Positions 29,101 to 38,225 of a DNA stretch of 64,000 nucleotides are shown here, in pieces. The number at the start of each line of letters is the position of its first letter. Within the stretch, counting starts at the first letter, position 1. The position numbers and the translations under genes are program-made. The stretch covers positions 64,001-128,000 of the forward strand of contig OZ241917.1 of NCBI GenBank assembly GCA_965203805.1. Direction: 5' to 3'. Below the pieces are notes generated by a model. It ran no database searches. It was given only the letters and a program-made list of their open reading frames with translations, and was not told where the DNA came from. Source of the DNA: Candidatus Latescibacterota bacterium (lineage in GTDB: Bacteria; Latescibacterota; UBA2968; GCA-2709665).

Positions 29101-29542
29101 GGTCTCGCAACCGGATCGGCGGTCGCCGGACGTTCCTCTGTACTCGTCTCCCGTAAACCCCGCGCCCATGTGGTGGGACCTGAAGGGATATCACACCCGT
29201 TTCGGAGACGTGCGTCCACTGCTGGCTGAGGTAGACGATCGTTATGTGATCATGAACGCCGGAGACGAGCTTGTCTTCCGCTTCCCCGATCCGGGTCCGC
29301 CGCCCTCCGGGTGGGTGAGGGACTTTGTGCTGATGGGCGACGGCTGGGTTAAGGACGGGGACTACAACACGGCATTTTCCAAGACCGTACTGCCGCTGCC
29401 TTCTCATGCCTGGTCTACGTACGAGACCCCGCCGGGTCGGCTGGAAGATGACCCGGTCTACCGCCGCAATCCCGCAGATTGGCAGGAATTCCACACCCGG
29501 TACGTCGCGCCGGAGATTTCCCGGATGCACGCCGGAAGATAG
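26186..29542 (+). CDS. TPR + FG-GAP + ASPIC/UnbV lipoprotein
   Basis: Lipobox LAAGC, TPR-like N-terminus, repeated DxDxDGxxD motifs, VHFGLG..VQWPNG, KGSCPWVF, GWVKDGD. Confidence 0.85.
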   Translation: MRYVTIGFVLIGLAAGCETRVPGPGSKAYRSAVADFYTGLAALDVGARDRAAAALARMTESVPGEPAGWANLALLQFSMGREEQALRSIERAQGLAPENGRIALLMGAFESRRGRTDEAVFHLRRATTLAGPSHLKAGYALARELERKGDAQEALAVVEGMQGKAPRNLALLLERIRLAAKAQDAHGLRVSIARIAGRAGAWPETARDQARALANAKSDFRLAARHAAFLHNSLLRTPSFRSDLSRLRIPSQAVGEPLRRFLKMQSPTADSAPADTALAFVPETPGKATGLKMLGLAPGDPPVVLSASAETIRWLDSSARAVPSPASMPLGANGLLSVDWNNDFRLDLVAAGEGGVRLFRQEEDGSPADVTDQTGLDRSVTDRAYGGVWAADVEMDGDLDLVLGGRHACRVLRNNGDGTFGVAQPFAGVAGARAFEWTDLDGDGVPDAALVDNRGRLVVFINERSGSFARTYESDGEVRALASGDVDGDGSLNLVVLYPDGRIGAISYESGRWEISELVNTKGYENPARLRLADIDNNGQLDLVVGGVRGGGYWLGDAEGSWRHNVLPDGFRLFEISDMTRDGRLDLLGLSEAGRTQMLVNRGKRDYHWQVVRPRVRAVRGDGRINSFALGGEVLVRSGLLAQRRAIRTPAVHFGLGEYDVANVVRVQWPNGTIQAEFDVAADQTILARQRLKGSCPWVFAFNGEEMAFIKDFLWRSPLGMRINAQVTAGVSQTEDWILIRGDELASRDGHYDIRVTSELWETQFVDWVELMVVDHPADVAVFVDERFAMRQPELRVIPTGMPVAVRAARDETGRDVTDRVTARDGRYLDTFDVGRYQGVAGDHWVEVDLPRAAGNGGAWLIGYGWIYPTDSSINVAMGHGAHARPRGLRLDAQRDDGTWETAVPDLGFPAGKFKTIAIDLSGVTSPRLRLRTNLEIYWDWLAWAETATDAQLRTRRVTSETAVLRGRGFSEVSQPDRRSPDVPLYSSPVNPAPMWWDLKGYHTRFGDVRPLLAEVDDRYVIMNAGDELVFRFPDPGPPPSGWVRDFVLMGDGWVKDGDYNTAFSKTVLPLPSHAWSTYETPPGRLEDDPVYRRNPADWQEFHTRYVAPEISRMHAGR

Positions 29543-29556
29543 ACAGTGAGTGTCCC

Positions 29557-31317
29557 ATGTCACGCCGAACGGTCCACGGCATCCCGATCGCGATCTTTGT
29601 GCTGCTGCTGGCGGTGCCCGTCTTCATGAAATCCGGTCTGTGGCCGCGGAATGAAAGGAACGTGGCCCAGTTCGGATTTGCGTTCGAGGAAGTCGCCGGA
29701 AAGAGCGGCATCGACTTCGTGCACCGCGGGCCCACGTTCGACGCGAAGCTGACCCATATCATGCCGCACGTCGCCGCAATGGGCGCCGCGGTGTCGGTCG
29801 CGGACTTCAACAGGGACGGTTGGCAGGACCTTTACGTGACCAACAGCGCGGAAGGCGCGGCGAACCGGCTTTATCGGAATCTCGGGAACGGGCAATTCGA
29901 AGACGTGGCCGGCCGGATGGGGGTGGCCGAACTGAATCCCGCGGGAACCGGGATTTCGGTGGGCGCTGTCTGGGGGGACTATGACAACGACGGCTTCGAA
30001 GACCTTTTCGTGTACAAATGGGGCCGGCCGGAGCTGTTTCGGAACGAGTCCGGACAGAGGTTCACGCGTGTGAGCGAGGACGCCGGGCTGCCCGGCTGGC
30101 TTAACGCGGGAAGCGCCGTCTGGCTGGATTACGATTGCGACGGGCGTCTGGATCTGTTTGTTGCCGGATACTGGCCGGATGGGCTTGACCTGTGGAACCT
30201 CGAATCCACCCGGATGATGCCCGAGAGTTTCGAATACGCAGAGAACGGCGGTCGGAAGTATCTCTTTCGCAATCTGGGAGACGGGCGGTTCGAGGACGTT
30301 GCCCGGCGGCTGGGCATTCGAAGCCGGAGGTGGACGCTTGCCGTGGCGGCGGCGGATCTGAACCGGTCGGGTTATCCTGATATCTTCCTGGCCAACGACT
30401 ATGGCGTCTCGGAACTCTACCGGAACCACGGCGGAACGACGTTTGAGGAGATCGGTCGCCGCGCGGGGGTCGGATACCAGCCGAAGAGCGGAATGAACGC
30501 GGTATTCGGCGACGTGCTGAACCAGGGGCGCCTGGCGATCTACGAGACCAATATCTCGGAGGCCGGGATTCTGCTGCAGGGCAACAACCTCTGGGTCGCC
30601 CGCCAGGACGAAGAGCTGGCGTTCGAAAACCTGGCGCAGGTGATGGGCGTGGAGCTGGGCGACTGGAGCTTCGGCGCGCAGTTCGGTGATTTGAACAACG
30701 ACGGGCGTCTTGACCTGTACCTGACCAACGGCTATGTGTCGGCTTCCGAGTCCGAGAGTTATTGGTACGACTTTTCACAGGTTGCCGGCGGACACAGGGC
30801 AATCATTTCAGATGCGAAGCACTGGCCCGCGATGAAGGGACGCAGTCTCGCCGGTTTTCAGCAATCCCGCGTGTGGGTGAACGACGGGATGGGACGGTTC
30901 GTGGACGTGGCTCGCGAGGTCGGCGTCCGCGACCGCTTTGACGGGCGTGCGGTCGCGCTCGTGGATCTCTGGAACCGAGGGGTGCTGGACGTTGTGGTGG
31001 CCAACCAGCGCGGCCCGCTGCTGGTATACAGGAACACCGTGGATCCCGCCCGCCGGTGGATCGGTTTCGATCTGTCGGGCGTAAGGAGCAACCGAAGCGC
31101 GATCGGGGCGCAGGTGAGGGTTTTCTGGAACGGACAGGAACAGATGCAGGAGGTGTCGGGCGGCAGCGGTTTCTCGTCGCAGAATCAACGGCGACTGCAT
31201 TTCGGACTGGGGGTCGGTCAGGAACTGGAAAAGGTGGTTGTAACCTGGCCTTCCGGACGCAGCCTCACCATGGAAACCCCGGCACTGAACGTGTACCACC
31301 GCGTTGAAGAACCCTAG
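29557..31317 (+). CDS. CRTAC1-family FG-GAP/ASPIC-UnbV protein
   Basis: N-terminal TM; DFNRDGWQDLYVTN, DYDNDG, SNRSAIGA, GSGFSSQ..LHFGLG. Confidence 0.88.
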   Translation: MSRRTVHGIPIAIFVLLLAVPVFMKSGLWPRNERNVAQFGFAFEEVAGKSGIDFVHRGPTFDAKLTHIMPHVAAMGAAVSVADFNRDGWQDLYVTNSAEGAANRLYRNLGNGQFEDVAGRMGVAELNPAGTGISVGAVWGDYDNDGFEDLFVYKWGRPELFRNESGQRFTRVSEDAGLPGWLNAGSAVWLDYDCDGRLDLFVAGYWPDGLDLWNLESTRMMPESFEYAENGGRKYLFRNLGDGRFEDVARRLGIRSRRWTLAVAAADLNRSGYPDIFLANDYGVSELYRNHGGTTFEEIGRRAGVGYQPKSGMNAVFGDVLNQGRLAIYETNISEAGILLQGNNLWVARQDEELAFENLAQVMGVELGDWSFGAQFGDLNNDGRLDLYLTNGYVSASESESYWYDFSQVAGGHRAIISDAKHWPAMKGRSLAGFQQSRVWVNDGMGRFVDVAREVGVRDRFDGRAVALVDLWNRGVLDVVVANQRGPLLVYRNTVDPARRWIGFDLSGVRSNRSAIGAQVRVFWNGQEQMQEVSGGSGFSSQNQRRLHFGLGVGQELEKVVVTWPSGRSLTMETPALNVYHRVEEP

Positions 31318-31479
31318 AAGCTGTCTTAAAATCCCCAGTGGTCTTCGCGCGGCTGCAAAAGCGCCGGTCGGCGTTGGTCAAATCCACCCGTATCTGTAGA
31401 TATGGGCGGATTCTCCCGCCTTGACCGCCACTTTTTCGCTCGCGCTCGGGAACTCACCGGGAATTTTAAAACAACTTCT
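31316..31479. mobile_element. palindromic MITE-like element (about 165 bp)
   Basis: TIRs AGAAGCTGTCTTAAAAT / ATTTTAAAACAACTTCT (15/17); central hairpin AATCCACCCGTATC-tgta-GATATGGGCGGATT; TA-containing flanks. Confidence 0.72.
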
Positions 31480-33461
31480 TAGCGGTACGGCGACCCGCCG
31501 GCAGGCATGTCCGGATTCCTGCCGAACAGGAGCAGGATCGCCGGAATCGCACAAAGGCCGATGACAAGCCCGATCCATCCCGGGTAGAAAAAGGCGGTGC
31601 CGACGTACCCCGCGAGCGCGGCCACGGCCATGGTGGTCAGTGCGTAGGGAAGTTGCGTTCTCACGTGATCCAGGTGGTCGCACGACGTGGCGATGCTCGA
31701 CATGACGGTCGTGTCGCTGATGGGTGAGCAGTGATCCCCGAAGATGGCGCCGTCCAGTACGGCGGCGGCCGCGAGAATCGTGAGCGGGAGTCCGCCCAGG
31801 CTGTGCGCGAGCGGGACCGCTGTGGGTATCAGGATTGCCATGGTTGCCCATGATGTGCCGATAGCGAACGCGATCGCAGCCGCCAGAAGGAAGATCAGCA
31901 GGGGCAGCAGGCCGGGAACCATAAGGGGCGAGAGCGCCGCCGCGAGATACACGGACGTGCCAATGTCCTTGCATATGGCCTGAATTGCCCAGGCCATGAT
32001 GAGGATGGCGATCGCATGTTGGATTCCCATGATTCCCAGGGCCCACGTTCTGATCGCGGTAAGTGGTGAGATCAGGGCGGCCCCGCCGTTGGCCCGGCGC
32101 CGCGTGACCGCGATGAGCAGCGCAACGACGGAACCGAGGATGGCGGACAGGAACAGCACCCGCGGGTTGTCCGCGTTGGAGAAACATTCGGTCCAATAGG
32201 AGAAACTGACGAGGGAATTCTTGAGTCGGACCGGCCGGACGCCGGCGTGGTTCCAGGTGTCCACGGCCATACCGAAGACGACGGCGAACACAACGACCAG
32301 AACGGGCACGGCGGCGGCCCACCAGGCGGGTTGAACGCCGCCCGCCGCTTTCACGTCCGCGCCTCGGCGCCCCGTCAGGGGAACGGCGCCGGGCCGAAGC
32401 ACCCGGCCGGTCGACCGCGCGCGGCGTTCGGCCCTGTACATGGTCCCGTAGTCCCGTTGGAACCACGACGACGTGGCGACGAACAATAGCGTAAACAGGC
32501 AGTAGAATCGGACGGGAAGCGCATGGAAGAAGAGCTGATATCCGGAGACACCCGTCCCGAGATCTTGCATGAGGTCTCCGAACAGTCCGACTTCGAAGCC
32601 GATCCAGGTGCTGATCACCGCCACGCCCGCAACCGGCGCCGCGGTGGAATCGACGATGTACGCAAGCTTTTCGCGGGAGATCCGGAACCGGTCCGTCGTG
32701 GGCCGCAGCGTCGTGCCGACCACGATCGTGTTGGCGTAGTCATCGAAGAATATCGCCAGGCCCATGAGAAACGCGGCAAACCGCGTGGACCTGGCGCTTT
32801 CGGCTCTGGCGGCCAGGACCGCGGCGATGCCGGCGTTTCCCCCGGCGAGCGTGGTTACTCGTACCATGCCGATCAGCGCCGCCGTAAAGCCGAGAATGTA
32901 AAGCTGGAAGGACGATCTCAGCGGGGTCCAGACGTAATCTACGGCCGCCTTTTCAAGGGCGGCGAAGGGGAGTCCGTACAGTGGAGCGTCAACGGCGGTA
33001 AGCAGGCCGCCTGAGAATACGGCAAGCGCGAGCCCCAAGAGCACGCGACCGCTGATCACAGCCACAAGAATGGCCGCGATCGGTGGAAACAGACTCCAGC
33101 CGTCGACGGGCTTCAGGCGGACCTGCCGATGCACTGCTGCGGTCGCGGCGGTCAGGATCAAACCGTCGCGTTCTTCCCGGCAGGTCACTGTGATTGGGAG
33201 TGAATCGGTCTCGGGGGTTGTTCTCCGCCGGTCCACCTGGTCGAAAGCGGCGCGACAGCGCGTGTCCTGGTTTTCCGCAAGGCGCCACGGGCCGTCGCCC
33301 ACGGCTTTCGCCAGTTCGGGCAGTTCGGTCACGATCTGCTGACGAATGACGCGGTCCCGGTTTTTCGGCAGCACAGCTGCGAAAACGGCCGAAAGCGTCA
33401 GTGCGGCAAGAATCCGCGCTACTGTATAAGTCCTTTTTCCTGCTGCCGTTTTCGGATTCAT
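31479..33461 (-). CDS. NhaC-family Na+/H+ antiporter or amino-acid transporter
   Basis: FFDDYAN, SREKLAYIVDSTAAP, GTSWAT, GAIFGDHCSPISDTT, HVRTQLPYA; extra N-terminal extracytoplasmic segment. Confidence 0.9.
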   Translation of the reverse strand: MNPKTAAGKRTYTVARILAALTLSAVFAAVLPKNRDRVIRQQIVTELPELAKAVGDGPWRLAENQDTRCRAAFDQVDRRRTTPETDSLPITVTCREERDGLILTAATAAVHRQVRLKPVDGWSLFPPIAAILVAVISGRVLLGLALAVFSGGLLTAVDAPLYGLPFAALEKAAVDYVWTPLRSSFQLYILGFTAALIGMVRVTTLAGGNAGIAAVLAARAESARSTRFAAFLMGLAIFFDDYANTIVVGTTLRPTTDRFRISREKLAYIVDSTAAPVAGVAVISTWIGFEVGLFGDLMQDLGTGVSGYQLFFHALPVRFYCLFTLLFVATSSWFQRDYGTMYRAERRARSTGRVLRPGAVPLTGRRGADVKAAGGVQPAWWAAAVPVLVVVFAVVFGMAVDTWNHAGVRPVRLKNSLVSFSYWTECFSNADNPRVLFLSAILGSVVALLIAVTRRRANGGAALISPLTAIRTWALGIMGIQHAIAILIMAWAIQAICKDIGTSVYLAAALSPLMVPGLLPLLIFLLAAAIAFAIGTSWATMAILIPTAVPLAHSLGGLPLTILAAAAVLDGAIFGDHCSPISDTTVMSSIATSCDHLDHVRTQLPYALTTMAVAALAGYVGTAFFYPGWIGLVIGLCAIPAILLLFGRNPDMPAGGSPYR

Positions 33462-33659
33462 CAGTCGCCTGTCGTTTCTGAGGGTTCGCGAAAAGAGATT
33501 GCGGCGGAGATTCCGGCCCCGGGGATGCACTCATTGGAAAAAGACGTTTCCAATCGGACGATAGCGTCCTATCTTTAAGGTTATCCGCGCCGACGCCCGG
33601 GGTTGGCCGGCGGCGGATACGGCGGGCCGACGCCAATTATGCGATCGAGGAAGGGCGCC

Positions 33660-34454
33660 GTGGTGCATCGAATTAAAGAACGAACCAACGAAATCCTGGA
33701 TAAGGCGCAGGCGGGCGACCGGACGAGCCGACTGATCGACCTGTTCATCATGGGGCTGATCGTCCTGAACGTCGTGGCGGTCATCCTCGAGACGGTCGAG
33801 GCCGTCCTCGTGTCGTACGGGTGGCTGTTCGAAGTGTTCGACGCCTTTTCGGTGGGTGTGTTTACCATCGAATACCTGATGCGGTTGTGGTCATGTACCG
33901 CCGATGATCGATTTGCCAGGCCCGTACGGGGTCGATTGCGTTATTTCTTTACGCCGCTGGCGCTGGTGGACCTGATCGCGATCCTGCCGTTCTACCTGCC
34001 TCTGGTAACCACCGTCGACCTCCGTGTATTGAGGGCCATGCGGCTGTTGCGGTTGTTCAAGCTCGGACGGTATTCCACCTCGTTGCAGACCCTCGCCAAC
34101 GTGTTGCGGAAGCATAGCGGCGAACTGCTGGTCACCCTGTTCGTTCTGCTGATCATGTTGGTGATCGCGTCTACGCTGATGTACTTTGCGGAAAACAGCG
34201 CCCAGCCCCACGCTTTCTCCAGCATTCCGTCGTCAATGTGGTGGGGCATCGTGACGCTTACGACGGTGGGATACGGAGACACGTACCCTGTGACGGGCGT
34301 GGGAAAGGTGCTCGGCGCGGTAATCGCGCTTCTGGGTATCGGGATGTTCGCCCTCCCGGCCGGCATCCTGGGTTCGGGTTTCGCGGAAGAGATCGACCGG
34401 CGCAAGAAGGAAGGCGGCATCTGTCCGCACTGTGGGCGTGAAATGGAAGAGTGA
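33660..34454 (+). CDS. voltage-gated-type potassium channel
   Basis: S4-like LRVLRAMRLLRLFK, pore WWGIVTLTTVGYGD, C-terminal CPHCG; start approximate. Confidence 0.93.
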   Translation: MVHRIKERTNEILDKAQAGDRTSRLIDLFIMGLIVLNVVAVILETVEAVLVSYGWLFEVFDAFSVGVFTIEYLMRLWSCTADDRFARPVRGRLRYFFTPLALVDLIAILPFYLPLVTTVDLRVLRAMRLLRLFKLGRYSTSLQTLANVLRKHSGELLVTLFVLLIMLVIASTLMYFAENSAQPHAFSSIPSSMWWGIVTLTTVGYGDTYPVTGVGKVLGAVIALLGIGMFALPAGILGSGFAEEIDRRKKEGGICPHCGREMEE

Positions 34455-34495
34455 TCCGGCGTTTGTCCGGACGAACCAGCAAAGGAGCGACACGG

Positions 34496-35293
34496 ATGGA
34501 ATTGACGGTTGGATGTACGACGCGGCCTTACGGCCAACTGAGTTACAGCGAAGCGTACAGCCGGATTGCCGAGGCCGGTTATTCGGACGTGGCTGTATTT
34601 GCCAATGACGGGCAGGTTCCGGTGGGACCGGACAGCTCTCCCGCAGAGGTTACGGGCGTGCGCGACGCGGCGGAAGCCGCCGGCGTCGTTCCGTCGATGC
34701 TCATCGGCGGCACCCGGCTGGGCGAGGGCCTCCACGCGGCGGTGGACGACTACAAGCGACTGATCGACAACGCGGCCGCGCTGGGCGCGACCTGGCTGCT
34801 GGATTGCGGTACGAGCAACGAAGCCCACTTCGACGACTATTTCGAGCTGATGCGGCAGGCCGCGCCCCACGCTCACGAGGTCGGTGTGAACATAACCATG
34901 AAACCCCACGGGGGGATCAGCCTCACGGTATCGCACCTGCTTGCGGCCAACCGGGACGTGAACCACGCGGCGTTCGGTATCTGTTTCGATCCGGGAAATA
35001 TCATCTACTATACAAAGGGTGACCTGCGGCCCGAGACGGACGTGTCGGAAGTGGCGCCGGTGGTGACGACGGGGATCATCAAGGACTGTTCGGTGATCGA
35101 CGGGGCGCCGGACGTGATGGTGACGCCGGGCGACGGACTCGTGGATTTCCATTCGGTGCTGTCCGGACTGGTCGGCGGCGGATTCGGCGGGCCGCTCTAC
35201 GTGGAATGCGTGGGAGGCAAGGAGCCGGACGAGGTGGACAGGGACGTGGCGTTTACACGAGGTTACGTGGAGGGGATCCTGTCCGGGCTGTAG
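34496..35293 (+). CDS. sugar phosphate isomerase/epimerase (xylose-isomerase-like TIM barrel)
   Basis: KPHGG, CFDPGN, IKD, PGDGLVDF, GPLYVE; AAGGAG RBS. Confidence 0.82.
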   Translation: MELTVGCTTRPYGQLSYSEAYSRIAEAGYSDVAVFANDGQVPVGPDSSPAEVTGVRDAAEAAGVVPSMLIGGTRLGEGLHAAVDDYKRLIDNAAALGATWLLDCGTSNEAHFDDYFELMRQAAPHAHEVGVNITMKPHGGISLTVSHLLAANRDVNHAAFGICFDPGNIIYYTKGDLRPETDVSEVAPVVTTGIIKDCSVIDGAPDVMVTPGDGLVDFHSVLSGLVGGGFGGPLYVECVGGKEPDEVDRDVAFTRGYVEGILSGL

Positions 35294-35309
35294 CGCTGCC
35301 TCGGACGGT

Positions 35310-35693
35310 TCAGGCCAGCACCGCGGTGACTTCGATTTCAACCTGCGCCCCGGCAGGGAGGGCAACCACCTGTACACAGCTCCGTCCGGGCGGGTCGGTC
35401 GGGAAGTATCCCGCGTATACGGCGTTCATTTCGGCGAATTCCGAAATATCCGTCATGTAGACAACCGTCCGCACCACGTGCTCCATCGTCGCGCCGGCCG
35501 CGTCCAGGATCGCCACGACGTTGTCGAGCGTCTGCCGGGTTTCCGCAGCAATGCCGCCGCCGACGATTTCGCCGGTTGCGGGGTCGATGCCCTTTTCGCC
35601 GGCCACAAAGATCAACTCGCCGGTTTTGATGGCCTGCGAATAGGGACCCACGGGAAGCGCTGCCTTATCGGTGGTGATCACCTCTTTTTTCAT
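35310..35693 (-). CDS. RidA family reactive-intermediate deaminase
   Basis: GPYSQA, FAEMNAVYA.YF..PPGRSCV, VEIEVTA. Confidence 0.93.
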   Translation of the reverse strand: MKKEVITTDKAALPVGPYSQAIKTGELIFVAGEKGIDPATGEIVGGGIAAETRQTLDNVVAILDAAGATMEHVVRTVVYMTDISEFAEMNAVYAGYFPTDPPGRSCVQVVALPAGAQVEIEVTAVLA

Positions 35694-35713
35694 GACGCGA
35701 TATCTCCATTTAA

Positions 35714-35885
35714 TCTCGATCCGTCATTTTTCGGGGACGTTAGTTCGAGAATATACAAGTGGATAAAGGCGATTTGACATTGGATTTCCAGGAACCTTCA
35801 GGTCACTGGACGCGAACGGAAAAAATGCGCTTCCGGACGACGTTTTCGGCGCGGTGAGCAAATAACTGCAGGGTCACCGCGTTAC
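35714..35885 (-). mobile_element. diverged inverted copy of the 190-bp MITE family (see 40206 and 50338)
   Basis: The reverse complement aligns by eye with the other two copies, e.g. CCTTCAGGTCACTGGACGCGAACGGAAAAAATG; far end degenerate. Confidence 0.75.
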
Positions 35886-36085
35886 GACACACGCCGCTTT
35901 GTACGGATGCTTTTTGTGCCCAATTTTTCGGGTTCCTTTTTTCGAATTGAGGTTATTACGGGGAGCACCGTATTGTTTACATCCTCCCACTCTTCTTTGG
36001 TTGGATCTGGATGTCGACTATTTGCTGCTCCTGAAAATAAATGGAAGCTGACAACTGCTCTTCCTGACCACTGACCACTGTCCAC
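35882..36085 (-). CDS. small low-GC hypothetical ORF (doubtful)
   Basis: 67 aa with AGGAG before the GTG, but it overlaps a non-triplet direct repeat. Confidence 0.3.
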   Translation of the reverse strand: MDSGQWSGRAVVSFHLFSGAANSRHPDPTKEEWEDVNNTVLPVITSIRKKEPEKLGTKSIRTKRRVS

Positions 36086-36107
36086 TATTTACTGCTCCTG
36101 GTAATAA
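36012..36107. repeat. pair of 29-bp imperfect direct repeats with a 38-bp spacer
   Basis: TGTCGACTATTTGCTGCTCCTGAAAATAA (36012-36040) vs TGTCCACTATTTACTGCTCCTGGTAATAA (36079-36107), 25/29 identical. Confidence 0.75.
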
Positions 36108-36266
36108 TTATTCGGGACGTACAGTGTAAGTGGTGAGAAGGTGGTAGACACTTTCACGGTCGTGGTCGTTCTTGATAACGTCTGGAACCCGGATTGTCAA
36201 GGAGAACCCCCACTCGGCCGGCGGAGACATTTGTCGCGCCGGTGAGCGGAACGAGGGAATGCGCGT

Positions 36267-36692
36267 ATGGGTATCGAATCTCGTGACGTCAGACGACTGG
36301 AGTTGCCAAGTTGCGTAGAGTCGCTTCATGAGGTGGTCGACGCCGCGGCACAGGTCACGGCCGATCTGGCGATGAGCGAGGATGCCTGCGACGAGGTGGC
36401 GATCGCGCTGACGGAGGCCGTCAACAACGCTATTTTCCACGGCAACGGGGGGGTGCGGGAGCGTTCGTTCACCGTCGAATTCGCAGTTTCAGACGGGATG
36501 TTGCGCATCGCGGTCCGGGACCAGGGGCCCGGATTCGACCCGGCCGGCGTTCCGGACCCGCTTGCAGAGGAGAACCTGTTGAATCCGTCCGGACGCGGCC
36601 TGCTGATGATGCGCGCCATGGTGGACGACGTCGCACACCAGTTTTTCGAGACCGGGACCCAGGTGGTTCTTTGTAAACGCATCGCATCCTGA
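36267..36692 (+). CDS. anti-sigma factor / Ser kinase (RsbW-like)
   Basis: ALTEAVNNAIFHGN, VRDQGPGFDP, SGRGLLMM. Confidence 0.92.
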   Translation: MGIESRDVRRLELPSCVESLHEVVDAAAQVTADLAMSEDACDEVAIALTEAVNNAIFHGNGGVRERSFTVEFAVSDGMLRIAVRDQGPGFDPAGVPDPLAEENLLNPSGRGLLMMRAMVDDVAHQFFETGTQVVLCKRIAS

Positions 36693-36709
36693 CCGCCGGA
36701 GAGAGCGCT

Positions 36710-37783
36710 ATGCGAATCGAAAGGATCGAGACCGTATTGCTTGCGTGTCCATGGGGGCCGGCCGAGCGTGGAGTGACGCGGACGTGGCCCCTTCATTATG
36801 TCAGGGCCGACAACGGGCTCGTAGGTATCGGGAGAGGTGGCAACGCGGAATTGATCGAACGTGAATTCGCGCCGCTGCTCGTTGGCGAAGACCCGCGCCG
36901 CCCGGCGCTGCTCTGGCAGCGGATGTACGATCACGCGTGGCGCTTTCGCGGGCCCGGCCGGGCCGCGATGGGGACGATCGGCGCCCTGGACGTGGCGATC
37001 TGGGACCTGTACGGCAGGGCCTGCGGCGAGCCGGTCTGGCGGTTGCTGGGCGGGTTCCGGAACCGGGTGACCGCGTACGCGGACGGAATCGGCTACGAGC
37101 ATCAGAACGCGGAAGAGGTTGCCGCCCTGGTCAGGAAACACGCGGACCTCGGATTCAAGGCCGTGAAGTTCCATCTGTCGGATGACGATCGCGAACTCGC
37201 GTTCGATAAGGTCCGGCTGTCGCGCGAGGCACTGGGCGGTGGTCCGAGGCTGATGATCGACATCCACCGGATGTGGGAGGGGAAGACGGCCGCGGAAATG
37301 GCGCGCCGGTTCGAACCCTACAACCTGTATTGGATCGAGGAGCCCGTACGGGGCGACGACGAAGCGGCGCATATGCGAATGGTCCGCGAGGCGACGAGCG
37401 CGCTGGTCGCCGGCGGCGAGAGCGAAGGAACACTCTACGGGACCCGCCACCTGATCGAAGAGGGCGGGCTCCAGGTGGTGCAGTCGGATATCATCGGCGG
37501 CGGCGGGTTTACGGGACTGACGCGGATGGCTGCGCTGGCCGAGGCGCACCACGTGTACGTGGCGCCGCACGGAGCGTCGTTTCCGGAGATCAACTGCCAC
37601 CTGGTCGCCGCGGTCCCCAACGGGCTGATGGTCTCCGCCTGCCCGCCCACCGAGCCGTACCAGATCTGGTCGAAACTCTACGATCCTCCCTTCCCAATCA
37701 TCGATGGGGAGATCCATATGGGAGACGAACCCGGCCTCGGCCTCACCGTCGATGAGGATTTCGTGGAAGCACATCGGGTGTGA
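36710..37783 (+). CDS. mandelate racemase/muconate lactonizing enzyme family protein
   Basis: ALDVAIWDL, AVKFH, LMIDIH, WIEEP, GGESE, VAPHG, PGLG. Confidence 0.9.
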   Translation: MRIERIETVLLACPWGPAERGVTRTWPLHYVRADNGLVGIGRGGNAELIEREFAPLLVGEDPRRPALLWQRMYDHAWRFRGPGRAAMGTIGALDVAIWDLYGRACGEPVWRLLGGFRNRVTAYADGIGYEHQNAEEVAALVRKHADLGFKAVKFHLSDDDRELAFDKVRLSREALGGGPRLMIDIHRMWEGKTAAEMARRFEPYNLYWIEEPVRGDDEAAHMRMVREATSALVAGGESEGTLYGTRHLIEEGGLQVVQSDIIGGGGFTGLTRMAALAEAHHVYVAPHGASFPEINCHLVAAVPNGLMVSACPPTEPYQIWSKLYDPPFPIIDGEIHMGDEPGLGLTVDEDFVEAHRV

Positions 37784-37821
37784 CAATGCTCCCGCTTTGG
37801 GAAGACCCTGGTGGAAAATGG

Positions 37822-38061
37822 ATGAAGCGAAAGGTGACACCAAAACTCCAGACGGCTCATGATGTTTGGCCCAGACTGACGCCTGTCGTCTTCGTCCCTC
37901 ACGCGGAGACCGAATATCAACGGCTTGTAACTGTTTTGGACGAATTGATCGACGTGGTCGGCGAGGATGACGGCCATCCCCTGGCGTCACTCATGGAAGT
38001 CATCGGCGTGCTGATCGAAAAGTATGAAGACGAAAACGTCCCGGAGTTGATGGAAATTTAG
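37822..38061 (+). CDS. HigA-like antitoxin N-terminal domain (no HTH, no toxin)
   Basis: EYQRLVTVLDELID.VGED..HPLASLMEVIGVLIEKYE resembles the HigA N-terminus; start uncertain. Confidence 0.65.
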   Translation: MKRKVTPKLQTAHDVWPRLTPVVFVPHAETEYQRLVTVLDELIDVVGEDDGHPLASLMEVIGVLIEKYEDENVPELMEI

Positions 38062-38225
38062 CCGTTGGTTGGCGGCAAGATCGGAAGTGGCGAATTCTCG
38101 ACGTTGAAATTTCGGAGTGAGTTTGCCGATACATTCTGCGGCGTCCATCGCCGTGGACGAGTATCCGTTCAGATCGTGTCGTCTCTGGAGGTCGGGGCGT
38201 CGCAGCAATAATCGTGAGTAAGGAC

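Noticed and set aside
36012-36107. CRISPR array
   Set aside because: Only two imperfect units, no clear repeat palindrome, and no cas genes in the window
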